Source of the DNA: Ignavibacteria bacterium
Lineage (GTDB): Bacteria > Bacteroidota > Ignavibacteria > Kapaibacteriales > Kapaibacteriaceae
DNA: 64,000 nt
Reading direction: 5' to 3'
Assembly (NCBI GenBank): GCA_016873895.1
Contig: VGVV01000002.1
Span: forward strand, 314,152-378,151
The notes under the pieces were generated by a model. That model did not search any database. It was not told the origin of the DNA and worked only from the letters and a program-made list of their open reading frames with translations. Each line of letters opens with the position of its first letter. Within the stretch, counting starts at the first letter, position 1. A program made the translations under genes and the position numbers. This document shows positions 27,922-36,674 of the stretch, piece by piece.

Positions 27922-29498
27922 TGAAGACCAAGAGTACACCCGTACGCGTTGTTGCGCTAGGTGGTGGATATGCAACGATCAATGTTCTCAAGTCTCTGAA
28001 GGGACACATTGCCTCTGGACGCGTCCATTTGACCGTGATCGACAAGAATAACTACCACGTGTTTCATGGATTGGTCGCCGAGATGCTTACCGGCAAGATT
28101 CAGCCGGGTAATATCACATCTCCGGCCAGAATGGTGTTCCGTGGTGCAGACTTTCATAATGCGGAAGTGCTGCATGTTGATTTTCAACATAAGCGCGTAA
28201 CAACTCGACGCTACCTCGATGGACATCAGCATACCGTAGAATACGATCATCTGGTGATAGGACTTGGCTCGCGAGATAATCTCTCCCGCTACACGGGTGT
28301 TGCTCAGAACACATTTCGACTAAAATCATACTGGGATGTGTTTGAGCTGAAGAATCACATCACTGGCATTCTTGAGCTTGCAGAGATAGAAACCGACCCC
28401 ATCGAACGTGAGCGACTACTCACGTTTGTGATTGCTGGCGGAAATTTTGCTGGTGTGGAAGTTGCCACAGAGCTTGATGAGTTTCTCGAGTATCTCACTA
28501 AGCACTACTACCCACGACTGCGCTACGAGGAGATGCGCATCATCCTTCTCAGCGGTGATAAGACCATCCTACCGGAGCTTGCAAAGCGTCAGCCGCGACT
28601 CGTGCGTTATGCTTCACGATTTATCGCAGAAAAGACGCGTATCTCGGTGCACCTCGAAACCTATATTTCTGCTGCAACACCGATGAGTGCCACAACAAGC
28701 ACTGGATTAGAGTTTCAAGCACGAACGATCATCTCCTGCACAGGCAATGCTCAACCGGAGATCTTTGATCAATGGTCGTTTGAACGCGATCCTGTGGGCA
28801 GACTCATCACAGATGCAACGTTACGTCTCGTTGGTCAAGAGCATGTATGGTCGGGTGGCGATTGCGCTGCTGTGCCAAGTCCCCAAGGAGGGTATTGTCC
28901 GGGTCTTGCACTATACGCCATCAAGGCTGGTGAGCATATCGGACGCAACATCGCAAGGATGATCGATGGTAAGCCCCTTACCCCATTTTCATTTAAGGGG
29001 CTTGGAGATGCATGTTCATTGGGCAGACGCAATGCTGTTGGGCATCTCTACGGGATAGGATTTACCGGCTTTCTTGCGTTCGTTACATGGCGGCTCTTCA
29101 TGCTCAAGTATCTGCCTGTGTGGAATAGACGAATACGGACAATGTCGAACTGGCTCATGTGGCCACTCATTGGACGTGACATCACGAGTATTCGATCCAA
29201 CGATGCCACACAGGTGAGAGAGCGTTTGTTCCAACCCGGACAAACGATCTATCTAGAGGGAGAAACCGGTAACTGCATGTACCTCATACGCGAAGGCAGC
29301 GTTGATGCCTATCAAGACGGCACATTGCTTCAGACGCTGGGTCCGGGAAGCTACTTTGGCGAGTTAGCAATCTTCAACGAAACAACGAGGTCTCGCACCA
29401 TCGTCGCAACCACAGAAGTACGTGTGCTCGAGATCCAGCGTGAAATGGCAAAGCTGTTGCGCCGGCACTTTGAGCCAAAAACTATTAAGCCCTTGTAA
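27921..29498 (+). CDS. Type-II NADH dehydrogenase (NDH-2, FAD pyridine-nucleotide disulfide oxidoreductase) with a C-terminal cyclic-nucleotide-binding domain
   Basis: It has two Rossmann GxGxxG/A motifs (VVALGGGYAT, FVIAGGNFAGVE). The C-terminal ~120 aa form a canonical cNMP-binding domain (FQPGQTIYLEGETGNCMYLIREGSVDAY...FGELAIFNETTRSRTIVA). Its start overlaps the upstream stop (TAATG). Confidence 0.75.
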   Translation: MKTKSTPVRVVALGGGYATINVLKSLKGHIASGRVHLTVIDKNNYHVFHGLVAEMLTGKIQPGNITSPARMVFRGADFHNAEVLHVDFQHKRVTTRRYLDGHQHTVEYDHLVIGLGSRDNLSRYTGVAQNTFRLKSYWDVFELKNHITGILELAEIETDPIERERLLTFVIAGGNFAGVEVATELDEFLEYLTKHYYPRLRYEEMRIILLSGDKTILPELAKRQPRLVRYASRFIAEKTRISVHLETYISAATPMSATTSTGLEFQARTIISCTGNAQPEIFDQWSFERDPVGRLITDATLRLVGQEHVWSGGDCAAVPSPQGGYCPGLALYAIKAGEHIGRNIARMIDGKPLTPFSFKGLGDACSLGRRNAVGHLYGIGFTGFLAFVTWRLFMLKYLPVWNRRIRTMSNWLMWPLIGRDITSIRSNDATQVRERLFQPGQTIYLEGETGNCMYLIREGSVDAYQDGTLLQTLGPGSYFGELAIFNETTRSRTIVATTEVRVLEIQREMAKLLRRHFEPKTIKPL

Positions 29499-29534
29499 CT
29501 ATTTGAGCTACAAGGGCTTAACGTTTGTCGGTCG

Positions 29535-29607
<73 letters not shown>

Positions 29608-29644
29608 ATAGGGAGCACGAAGATACACAAAAAATCGTAAGGCA

Positions 29645-29770
29645 CAAGGTACGAGGTACAAGGTACAAGGTACGAGGTACGAGGTACGAGGTACGAGGTA
29701 CAAGGTTCTAGGTACGAGGTACAAGGTACGAGGTACGAGGTACAAGGTTCTATGTACGAGGTACAGGGTA
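29645..29770. repeat. Octanucleotide tandem repeat, GGTACGAG/GGTACAAG, about 15 copies
   Basis: Read directly from the sequence. It sits 40 bp upstream of tRNA-fMet, in the divergent tRNA/pheT intergenic region. Confidence 0.85.
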
Positions 29771-29949
29771 AGGGATGTGTTCCGTCATTCCCACGAAAGG
29801 ACGTCACCACAGAGAAAGCGGTGGCGGGAAACCTGGAGAGCCTTGTATCCGGTACCTAGTCCCTAGTACCTCCTCCCGGTTCTTGTGCAAAACTCCAACC
29901 GACCCTATGCTCTTGCTGCGACTATCTTTGTCGTTGATTAATAGAGAGT

Positions 29950-32415
29950 TTGCTTGAGATGAAAGTCTCGCACAAATGGCTGTGTGATTTTGTGGAATTG
30001 CCGTCCGATCGGTGGACGGTTGAGAGGGTGTCGCGCGTGCTTACTGACCTTGGTTTAGAGGTCGAAGACGTTGTCGATGCATCTGCGGTGCTGGCCAACA
30101 TTGTTGTTGGGAAAGTGCTCGAAAAACAGCCGCATCCTAAGGCCGATAAGCTCTCCGTGTGTACAGTTGATGTTGGTGCAGAAACCAAGACCATTGTTTG
30201 TGGTGCTGCCAACGTTGCGGCCGGCCAAACAGTGCCGGTGGCGCTGGTTGGCGCAGTTGTTCCGTCGGCTGGGTTTGCAATCGAGGAGCGTCCGCTTCGC
30301 GGTGTTACTTCGCAGGGTATGATCTGCTCGCAGGCAGAGCTGAACTTGGGTGAAGACGCATCGGGCATCTGGGTGCTCGATGATGCGCTCGCTGCTGGTG
30401 CGCCCCTTGCCGAAGCCCTCAAGATCGATGATGTGATCTACGACATCGCCATTACGCCGAACCGTGCTGATTGCCTTTCGCATGTTGGGATTGCGCGCGA
30501 GCTTGCTGCATACGCTGCGGTCTATGATGACGCGCCGGTTGTTGTGCCGCAACCGCGAACGCTTGATGCTGCGTCGCAGAGTAATGATGCATCGGTTGAG
30601 GTTAGGGTTGAGAACGCTGATGTGTGCTCACACTACATCGCACACGTGGTAACGAATGTGCGAGCAGTTGAGAGTCCGGCGTGGCTCAAAGACAGATTGA
30701 TTGCCCTTGGACTGCGTCCAAGTAATGTGATCGTTGATATCACGAATTACATCAATATGGAGATGGGGCAGCCCCTTCATGCATTCGACATGGCAAAGCT
30801 TCGCGGCAATGCCATTGTTGTTCGTACGCCGCATGCTGATGAATCCGCGATAACGCTGCTTGATGGGAAGGAGCGTAAGCTCGATGCTGAAATGCTTCTC
30901 ATCTGTGATGGAGAGCGTCCAATTGCCGTGGCTGGTGTGATGGGTGGACAAAACTCAGAGATCGATGAGACCACAACAACGGTTGTGATCGAGTCCGCCT
31001 ACTTCCATCCAACATCGATCCGTCGCACGGCAAAGAAGCTTGGTCTTAGCACCGATGCGTCGTACCGGTTTGAGCGAGGAGTAGACCCAGCAGGTGTGCG
31101 CTCGGCGGCAGATCTTGCTGTTGCCATGCTGTGTGATCTTGCAGGGGGCAGCTCGGGAATTAGCACGGAGATTGGTTCGCCAATAACGCCGGCTGACCCG
31201 ATTGCGGTTGAATACAATAGGGTACGCTCGCTACTTGGCATTGCCATCGACGATGCGCGCATCGACCTGATGCTTCGATCGCTTGGGTTCGGAGTCGTTG
31301 ATGGCGGCGGTAACGCCAAACGATCTGTAGAGCCCCCTTCATGGCGCGCAGACGTTCGCATCGAGGCCGATATTGCTGAGGAAGTGATGAGGCTCTATGG
31401 AATTGACCGGATACCAACCATAGTGCGCGGAGCATCGCTGGGTGGTGGATCCCAGCTTCCTGAGTCGTTGCGTGCTGGTGGACCTCATGGGTACCAGCAG
31501 CGCAGCCGTATACGTACATCACTAGCTGCGCGTGGTTATGTGGATTGTGTCACGAACGTTCTTGGGTCTCCCGAAGAAATACTTGACGGCTCTGCACCTG
31601 TGATGCTTCGCAATGCCCTTGGACATGAGTTCTCGGCAATGCGATCATCGCTGATTCCATCTCTGCTGCGGGTTGCCTCCCATAACATTCGTCACGGTGC
31701 AGCTACTGCTCGATTAATGGAGTTCGGCAACGTGTTTGAACATGACACGTCAAAGGAATTCGGTATCAAGCAGAGCGAAGTGCTTGCGATGGTTCTGTGC
31801 GGACAAACCGAACAGCATTGGAGTGGGAAGAGTAGAGCCCTAGACATATTCGATCTCGTGGGCGACGTGCAACTTGTTTCATCAGGCATTGTAACGGTTC
31901 CTGATGATTCGCCACAAGCCCCCTTTACACAAAACACGTTGAGGCTATTTACCGACAACGTTTGTATTGGCGTTGCGGGTCAGCTAGATCCAGGTTTTTG
32001 CAATGCATATGGCATCGACATAGATGCTATGGCTGCAGTATTAGACGCGCGCAGTATACCAGTTAAGAAACACAGGTATCGTCAATACGCAACCTTCCCA
32101 GCCATCGAAAGGGACGTAGCATTGGTTGTGCCACAATCTGTTACTGCCGGACAAATCCTGAATATTGTGCAACAATGTGGTTCGGATACTGTAGAGACGG
32201 CACGCATTTTTGATGTATTCTCCGGCGGTTCGCTGGTGCAAGGATACAAGAGCATTGGTATCAGAATAGTCTTTCGCTCTAGCGAGAGAACGCTCACTGA
32301 TGCTGATGTAGATCCAATTATTACAACGATTCTCGATCGATCAATCAGTCAGCTACAGGCACACGTGCGTGGTTTGACAATTGAACAACCATCTCAAGGG
32401 GAGATAGTACAATGA
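29950..32415 (+). CDS. pheT: Phenylalanine--tRNA ligase beta subunit
   Basis: 821 aa containing the tRNA-binding, B3/B4, B5 and FDX-ACB domains in order. Confidence 0.9.
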   Translation: MLEMKVSHKWLCDFVELPSDRWTVERVSRVLTDLGLEVEDVVDASAVLANIVVGKVLEKQPHPKADKLSVCTVDVGAETKTIVCGAANVAAGQTVPVALVGAVVPSAGFAIEERPLRGVTSQGMICSQAELNLGEDASGIWVLDDALAAGAPLAEALKIDDVIYDIAITPNRADCLSHVGIARELAAYAAVYDDAPVVVPQPRTLDAASQSNDASVEVRVENADVCSHYIAHVVTNVRAVESPAWLKDRLIALGLRPSNVIVDITNYINMEMGQPLHAFDMAKLRGNAIVVRTPHADESAITLLDGKERKLDAEMLLICDGERPIAVAGVMGGQNSEIDETTTTVVIESAYFHPTSIRRTAKKLGLSTDASYRFERGVDPAGVRSAADLAVAMLCDLAGGSSGISTEIGSPITPADPIAVEYNRVRSLLGIAIDDARIDLMLRSLGFGVVDGGGNAKRSVEPPSWRADVRIEADIAEEVMRLYGIDRIPTIVRGASLGGGSQLPESLRAGGPHGYQQRSRIRTSLAARGYVDCVTNVLGSPEEILDGSAPVMLRNALGHEFSAMRSSLIPSLLRVASHNIRHGAATARLMEFGNVFEHDTSKEFGIKQSEVLAMVLCGQTEQHWSGKSRALDIFDLVGDVQLVSSGIVTVPDDSPQAPFTQNTLRLFTDNVCIGVAGQLDPGFCNAYGIDIDAMAAVLDARSIPVKKHRYRQYATFPAIERDVALVVPQSVTAGQILNIVQQCGSDTVETARIFDVFSGGSLVQGYKSIGIRIVFRSSERTLTDADVDPIITTILDRSISQLQAHVRGLTIEQPSQGEIVQ

Positions 32416-33560
32416 GCTCACTGCAAAATCCGGAAGCGTTCGAACAGAGTTCGCATGACGCGCCAGCATCTCAGCAGACCTCCAGTGTAAATGTATCAGC
32501 ATCACTCGCAAAGTTCTGGGATACCGTTAGGTCAAGCGCAGAGCTCATCGTAACGCTGCGGCAAGAAGTTGTCCAGCTTCGTGCCCAGAACGCATCTCTC
32601 GAAGCATCAGTGCAGGCGTTGAGTGCAGTGCAAGAAGACGTTGTATCGCGCCAGGCCAACGAAGAGTTGGAACAGCAAGCTGTCAGCCTGCAAGGTGGGC
32701 TCGAGGCACGTAACCAACATCTTGCCGAGCGTGATCAGGAGCAAGCTTCAATGGCTGCTGGGTTAGCCGAGGCCGAGAAGCTTCATGCTGAACTCTCGCA
32801 AGCTAGAATCGAACTGTGTGAATATGAGTTGCAGGTAAGCGCACGTGAAGCTGAGTTACATAAAGCCCAGGAGGAGCTTCAGAGCCTGCGCAATCAGTAT
32901 GACGATCTCGTTGAGTATCAAAAGAACTCCACACTCAATGAACTGCAAGAACTCAATGAGGTGCACGAGCAGCGGCTGTCAGAAGCGCAATTAGAGGCAG
33001 CAGAGCTGCGTCAGACAATGGAGCGCATGAAGACCGAGAAGACGCAACTCAACGATGACTATCTCATGTTGGCTGAAAAGTATCAGGCTATTGAAGTACA
33101 AGTTGCAGAACTGCAGACTGGACTTTATGCAGCGCAGGAGGCTTTGCAGCAGGCACACCTTGACGTGTCCACCACCGATACACGTAGTGAATTGACGAGT
33201 CATGAAGTCGATGCGCTTCGCGTGCGCCTTTCAGAGCTCGAGGCCATGACGGTAAAAGCTGCAGATGCCGAAGAGCGTATGTTGAGTTTGCAGGATGAGA
33301 TTGACTCTCTGCAAGAGCAACTTGAAAAAGCACTGGGAATTGTTGAGGTGTATCGTGCAGCTGGGCTACGTCATGTTGAAGATCCAGATCGACGAAACCA
33401 GATGAGCCTGTTTTCTGCCAGTGGTGGAACGGATGAATCTCGCCAGCTTATCGATGAACAGGCAGCGGGCAAGGGGCTTTCCCCAGAAGAGATGGAGGCC
33501 CTTGCCGAGCGTCTTGATAATCTTGCAACCCGAGTCGCACAATTGCTCGGGATTTCCTAA
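32412..33560 (+). CDS. Coiled-coil protein (heptad-rich, Q/E/L-rich)
   Basis: 382 aa of almost continuous coiled-coil character. Its start overlaps the pheT stop by 4 nt and it lies upstream of zapA. Confidence 0.5.
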   Translation: MSSLQNPEAFEQSSHDAPASQQTSSVNVSASLAKFWDTVRSSAELIVTLRQEVVQLRAQNASLEASVQALSAVQEDVVSRQANEELEQQAVSLQGGLEARNQHLAERDQEQASMAAGLAEAEKLHAELSQARIELCEYELQVSAREAELHKAQEELQSLRNQYDDLVEYQKNSTLNELQELNEVHEQRLSEAQLEAAELRQTMERMKTEKTQLNDDYLMLAEKYQAIEVQVAELQTGLYAAQEALQQAHLDVSTTDTRSELTSHEVDALRVRLSELEAMTVKAADAEERMLSLQDEIDSLQEQLEKALGIVEVYRAAGLRHVEDPDRRNQMSLFSASGGTDESRQLIDEQAAGKGLSPEEMEALAERLDNLATRVAQLLGIS

Positions 33561-33599
33561 CTTGCCAGCAACAACAACGAACTTTTTGACAGTGATACC

Positions 33600-33890
33600 A
33601 TGTCGAAAGCGATACGAGTACAAATAGGCGGGAAAGACCTTACTCTTCGTGGTGAAAACGAAGAGAAGATCAAACAATCAGTACGTGAAGTCAACATTCA
33701 AGTTCAACATTTGCAGCAAACTCTGCGAGAGCAGTCAACTCCAACACTTACCGTTTTGGCGGCGTTAAATATTGCTGAGAAATATCTCGATGAGAAAGAA
33801 CAGCGCAGCCAGAATTCGAGGGAAGTGATTGACGAACTAGATAAGATGACGCAGTACCTGGTGCGCGCAGCGCATCAGCCATTAGCCTAA
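33600..33890 (+). CDS. zapA: Cell division protein ZapA
   Basis: 96 aa that aligns to ZapA (IQIGGKDLTL... ; LTVLAALNIAEKYL vs LVFIAALNISYEL of E. coli). Confidence 0.7.
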   Translation: MSKAIRVQIGGKDLTLRGENEEKIKQSVREVNIQVQHLQQTLREQSTPTLTVLAALNIAEKYLDEKEQRSQNSREVIDELDKMTQYLVRAAHQPLA

Positions 33891-33899
33891 CTCTTCCTT

Positions 33900-34235
33900 T
33901 CAACGTGATACGCTGATAAACTGTGTAGCCGCATTCCGCTACTGTTGTCGCACGCTTGAAAAAGAACCATACAAATTTTCATTCCAGGGCACTAGGCTCT
34001 GACTATCAATGGCAGGCCTCACTTGTTCGAACGAGCAAGATCGGGTGCAAACCCGAACAGTGGAAGTCAGCGATAGTAAGGATAGTACCCACCGTGCGGT
34101 CCCTTTGGTTCTTTTACCAATCGAAAACACAACTGGACTATTTGGTCCAGGGTAGTGGGATGCGGCTCCTTTTTTATCGTCTAACCGCTGCAGCACGGCG
34201 TGGACGCACTACGGCGCCGTAAGGGTGCGAAGGAG
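33900..34235 (+). ncRNA. Candidate structured RNA or leader between zapA and rny. It could be a 6S-like sRNA, given the conserved zapA-ssrS linkage, or an rny 5' UTR.
   Basis: This is a 350-nt non-coding gap. It contains a local hairpin (CGGGtgcaaaCCCG) and ends in a U-run (gggatgcggctccttttttat) just before the rny start. No supported ORF lies in it. Confidence 0.2.
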
Positions 34236-34243
34236 GTATACGT

Positions 34244-35812
34244 ATGGAACAGCCCATGATTATGGGTCTAAGTGTAGGACTGGCAGTAGCAGTCGTAGGT
34301 TTTCTTGTTAGTTACTTCGCTGGGAAAAAGGTTGCGGCTTCAGAGCGCACCAAGGCAGAGGCAGAGGCGAAGTCGATTCTAGCAGAAGCTGAGAAAAAGG
34401 CTGATGCCGTTAAGCGCACGAAGATTGACGAAGCGGAAGACAAATCCCGTGAATTAAAACGCAAGTTTGAATCAGAGCGCGACTCGAAAGATGCTAAGCT
34501 ACGAAACTTTGAAAAAGAGCTTCGCAAGCGCGAAGAAGGTATTGATCAAAAGCTGGAAGATCTCTCGAAGAAAGAGAAGAAGCTGGCAACACTCGAGTCA
34601 GATGTTACGAGGAAGTCTTCGCAAATCGACAACAAAGTAAAGCAGATTGATGTGTTGCTCGAAGAGCAAAATGTTCGCCTCGAGCGCATCACTGGTATGA
34701 GTAAGGAAGACGCTAAGAAGTTTCTCATTGATAACATGGTCAATGATGCCAAGGCAGATGCGGCACAACTGGTAAAAGATGTGCGTGATGAGGCCAAGGT
34801 CAATGCTCGTAAAGAGGCTCAGCGGATTGTCTTGATGGCAATTCAGCGCACTGCATCCGATCACTGTGTGGAGTCTACTGTTTCAGTGGTCAATCTGCAG
34901 TCCGAGGAGATGAAGGGGCGCATCATTGGTCGTGAAGGACGCAACATCCGGGCCTTCGAGGCTGCCACTGGAATCGATCTTATCATCGATGATACACCTG
35001 AAGCGGTCGTAATCTCAGGATTCGATCCGTTCCGCCGCGAAGTTGCGCGCGTATCGCTAGAGCGACTCATGGGCGATGGACGTATCCACCCAGCGCGTAT
35101 CGAAGAGGTTGTTGATAAGGTCCGCAAGGAACTCGAAGAAGAAATGATTCGTGTTGGTGAGAATGCGCTCATGGAGCTTGGCATCCACAACATTCATCCC
35201 GAAATGGTTCGCTACATCGGACGCATGAAGTATCGCTCATCCTACGGTCAGAACCTGCTCGCTCACTCGATCGAGGTTGGCTTCTTGACGGGTATCATGG
35301 CAAATGAACTTGGTCTGGATGTGAATCTTGCCAAGCGCGCCGGTCTTTTGCACGACATCGGCAAGGTTATCGATCGCGAGCTCGAAGGGCCGCACGCACT
35401 GCTTGGTATGGACCTTGTAAAGAAGTACAAGGAGCATCCATTGGTTGTAAACGCAGTTGGAGCTCACCACGACGATATCGAGATGGAATCACCAATTGCA
35501 GTGCTTGTGCAGTCTGCTGACTCGATCAGTGGTGCCCGCCCAGGTGCTCGTCGTGAGTCACTTGAGAATTACATCAAGCGATTGCAGCAGCTAGAAGAAA
35601 TAGCTACCTCATTTGATGGCGTGACAAAGACCTTCGCTATCCAGGCAGGACGTGAAGTTCGCGTCATCATCGAGCCAGATCGTATCGATGATTTGCGTGC
35701 AGATCAACTCGCTAACGACATTGCTGGACGCATTGAATCTGAAATGGAGTATCCAGGTCAGATTCGTGTTACCGTGGTTCGGGAGCGTAGATCGGTGGCT
35801 ATCGCGAAATAA
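34244..35812 (+). CDS. rny: Ribonuclease Y
   Basis: An N-terminal TM helix, a coiled-coil, a KH domain (GREGRNIRAFEAATGIDLIID) and an HD domain (LHDIGK) are present. Confidence 0.9.
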   Translation: MEQPMIMGLSVGLAVAVVGFLVSYFAGKKVAASERTKAEAEAKSILAEAEKKADAVKRTKIDEAEDKSRELKRKFESERDSKDAKLRNFEKELRKREEGIDQKLEDLSKKEKKLATLESDVTRKSSQIDNKVKQIDVLLEEQNVRLERITGMSKEDAKKFLIDNMVNDAKADAAQLVKDVRDEAKVNARKEAQRIVLMAIQRTASDHCVESTVSVVNLQSEEMKGRIIGREGRNIRAFEAATGIDLIIDDTPEAVVISGFDPFRREVARVSLERLMGDGRIHPARIEEVVDKVRKELEEEMIRVGENALMELGIHNIHPEMVRYIGRMKYRSSYGQNLLAHSIEVGFLTGIMANELGLDVNLAKRAGLLHDIGKVIDRELEGPHALLGMDLVKKYKEHPLVVNAVGAHHDDIEMESPIAVLVQSADSISGARPGARRESLENYIKRLQQLEEIATSFDGVTKTFAIQAGREVRVIIEPDRIDDLRADQLANDIAGRIESEMEYPGQIRVTVVRERRSVAIAK

Positions 35813-35822
35813 TATCGCATTC

Positions 35823-35868
35823 GAATGAGGAGTCACAGCATGCCGTGACCCCTCATTTCGATAGAATA
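35823..35868. terminator. Hairpin terminator between convergent rny and the 35887..36657 gene
   Basis: gAATGAGGaGTCACagcatgccGTGACcCCTCATTtcg. Confidence 0.5.
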
Positions 35869-35886
35869 TCAACGACGGTGCGCCCG

Positions 35887-36657
35887 TCAATCAATCGCAT
35901 GAATAATCTCGGCCCAGTAAGCCCCTTCTGTAAGGGCTACTGGGTCGATGCGTTCTAGGGCACGCTCAAATTTAGTAAGTGCGCTGTCGAGCTCTTCGTC
36001 GCTGGACTGTTCAACTGCATGCCAAGCATCAAGACTCATGAGAAAGTGTCCAATGCTTGAGTTCACAAACTGTTGGGCATAGTAGCCCCATTCTCGATCC
36101 AGGAGAATGATGGCGCAATCAGCACGCTCGTCTATGCAGATGGCATCGCCATGTTCAGTCGTGGCAATCTGCCAGAATGTTGAGAAGAAATCAGCCGATG
36201 CCGAGTCCACCTCTGTATCCTGAGCCGGTTCTACATCGTTAACGAATCGTCTTGGTGGCAGCGTAAACTCCAAACCTGGTTCTGCTGTCTTCGGAAGTCC
36301 TGCTTTCGTTAACATGTCGATCGTAGCCTTGGGTGCTAACATCTCCGATATAGAGTCGGCACTGCACGAGACAAGGGGCTCACCGGGCCATGCACGAGCA
36401 ACGACCTGTGCCGCCGGCACGGGTGGTGTTGATATATCTGATGCGATAGCGCGCAGAAAGAGTGCTGACGACAACGTCATGTGAGACAGGTAAACAGTGT
36501 CGATCAGATCGGTATTGTCTTCGTCTTGCTCCAGAGCCTGCGCTGCATCTTCGCGAATCGTTACTAGCAGATCAATTTGCTCATCGTCGAGCTCGGCTAG
36601 GCGCTCTGGATCTTCCAGAATCTCGGGTATTCCAAGTGAAAGTAGGCGTGGGTCCAT
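35887..36657 (-). CDS. Acidic hypothetical protein, possibly SMI1/KNR4 (SUKH)-like
   Basis: 256 aa with a highly acidic N-terminus. The C-terminal segment GDAICIDERADCAIILLDREWGY resembles the SUKH 'GD.l.lD...W' pattern. The match is weak. Confidence 0.35.
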   Translation of the reverse strand: MDPRLLSLGIPEILEDPERLAELDDEQIDLLVTIREDAAQALEQDEDNTDLIDTVYLSHMTLSSALFLRAIASDISTPPVPAAQVVARAWPGEPLVSCSADSISEMLAPKATIDMLTKAGLPKTAEPGLEFTLPPRRFVNDVEPAQDTEVDSASADFFSTFWQIATTEHGDAICIDERADCAIILLDREWGYYAQQFVNSSIGHFLMSLDAWHAVEQSSDEELDSALTKFERALERIDPVALTEGAYWAEIIHAID

Positions 36658-36674
36658 AATACTGTGTTCCTTGA

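Noticed and set aside
29645-29770. A CRISPR array
   Set aside because: The repeat unit is only 8 bp, with no spacers.
33939-34222. Small ORFs (88 aa plus, 85 aa minus) in the zapA-rny gap
   Set aside because: They have no RBS and no recognisable composition, and they overlap each other. The region is more likely RNA or a leader.
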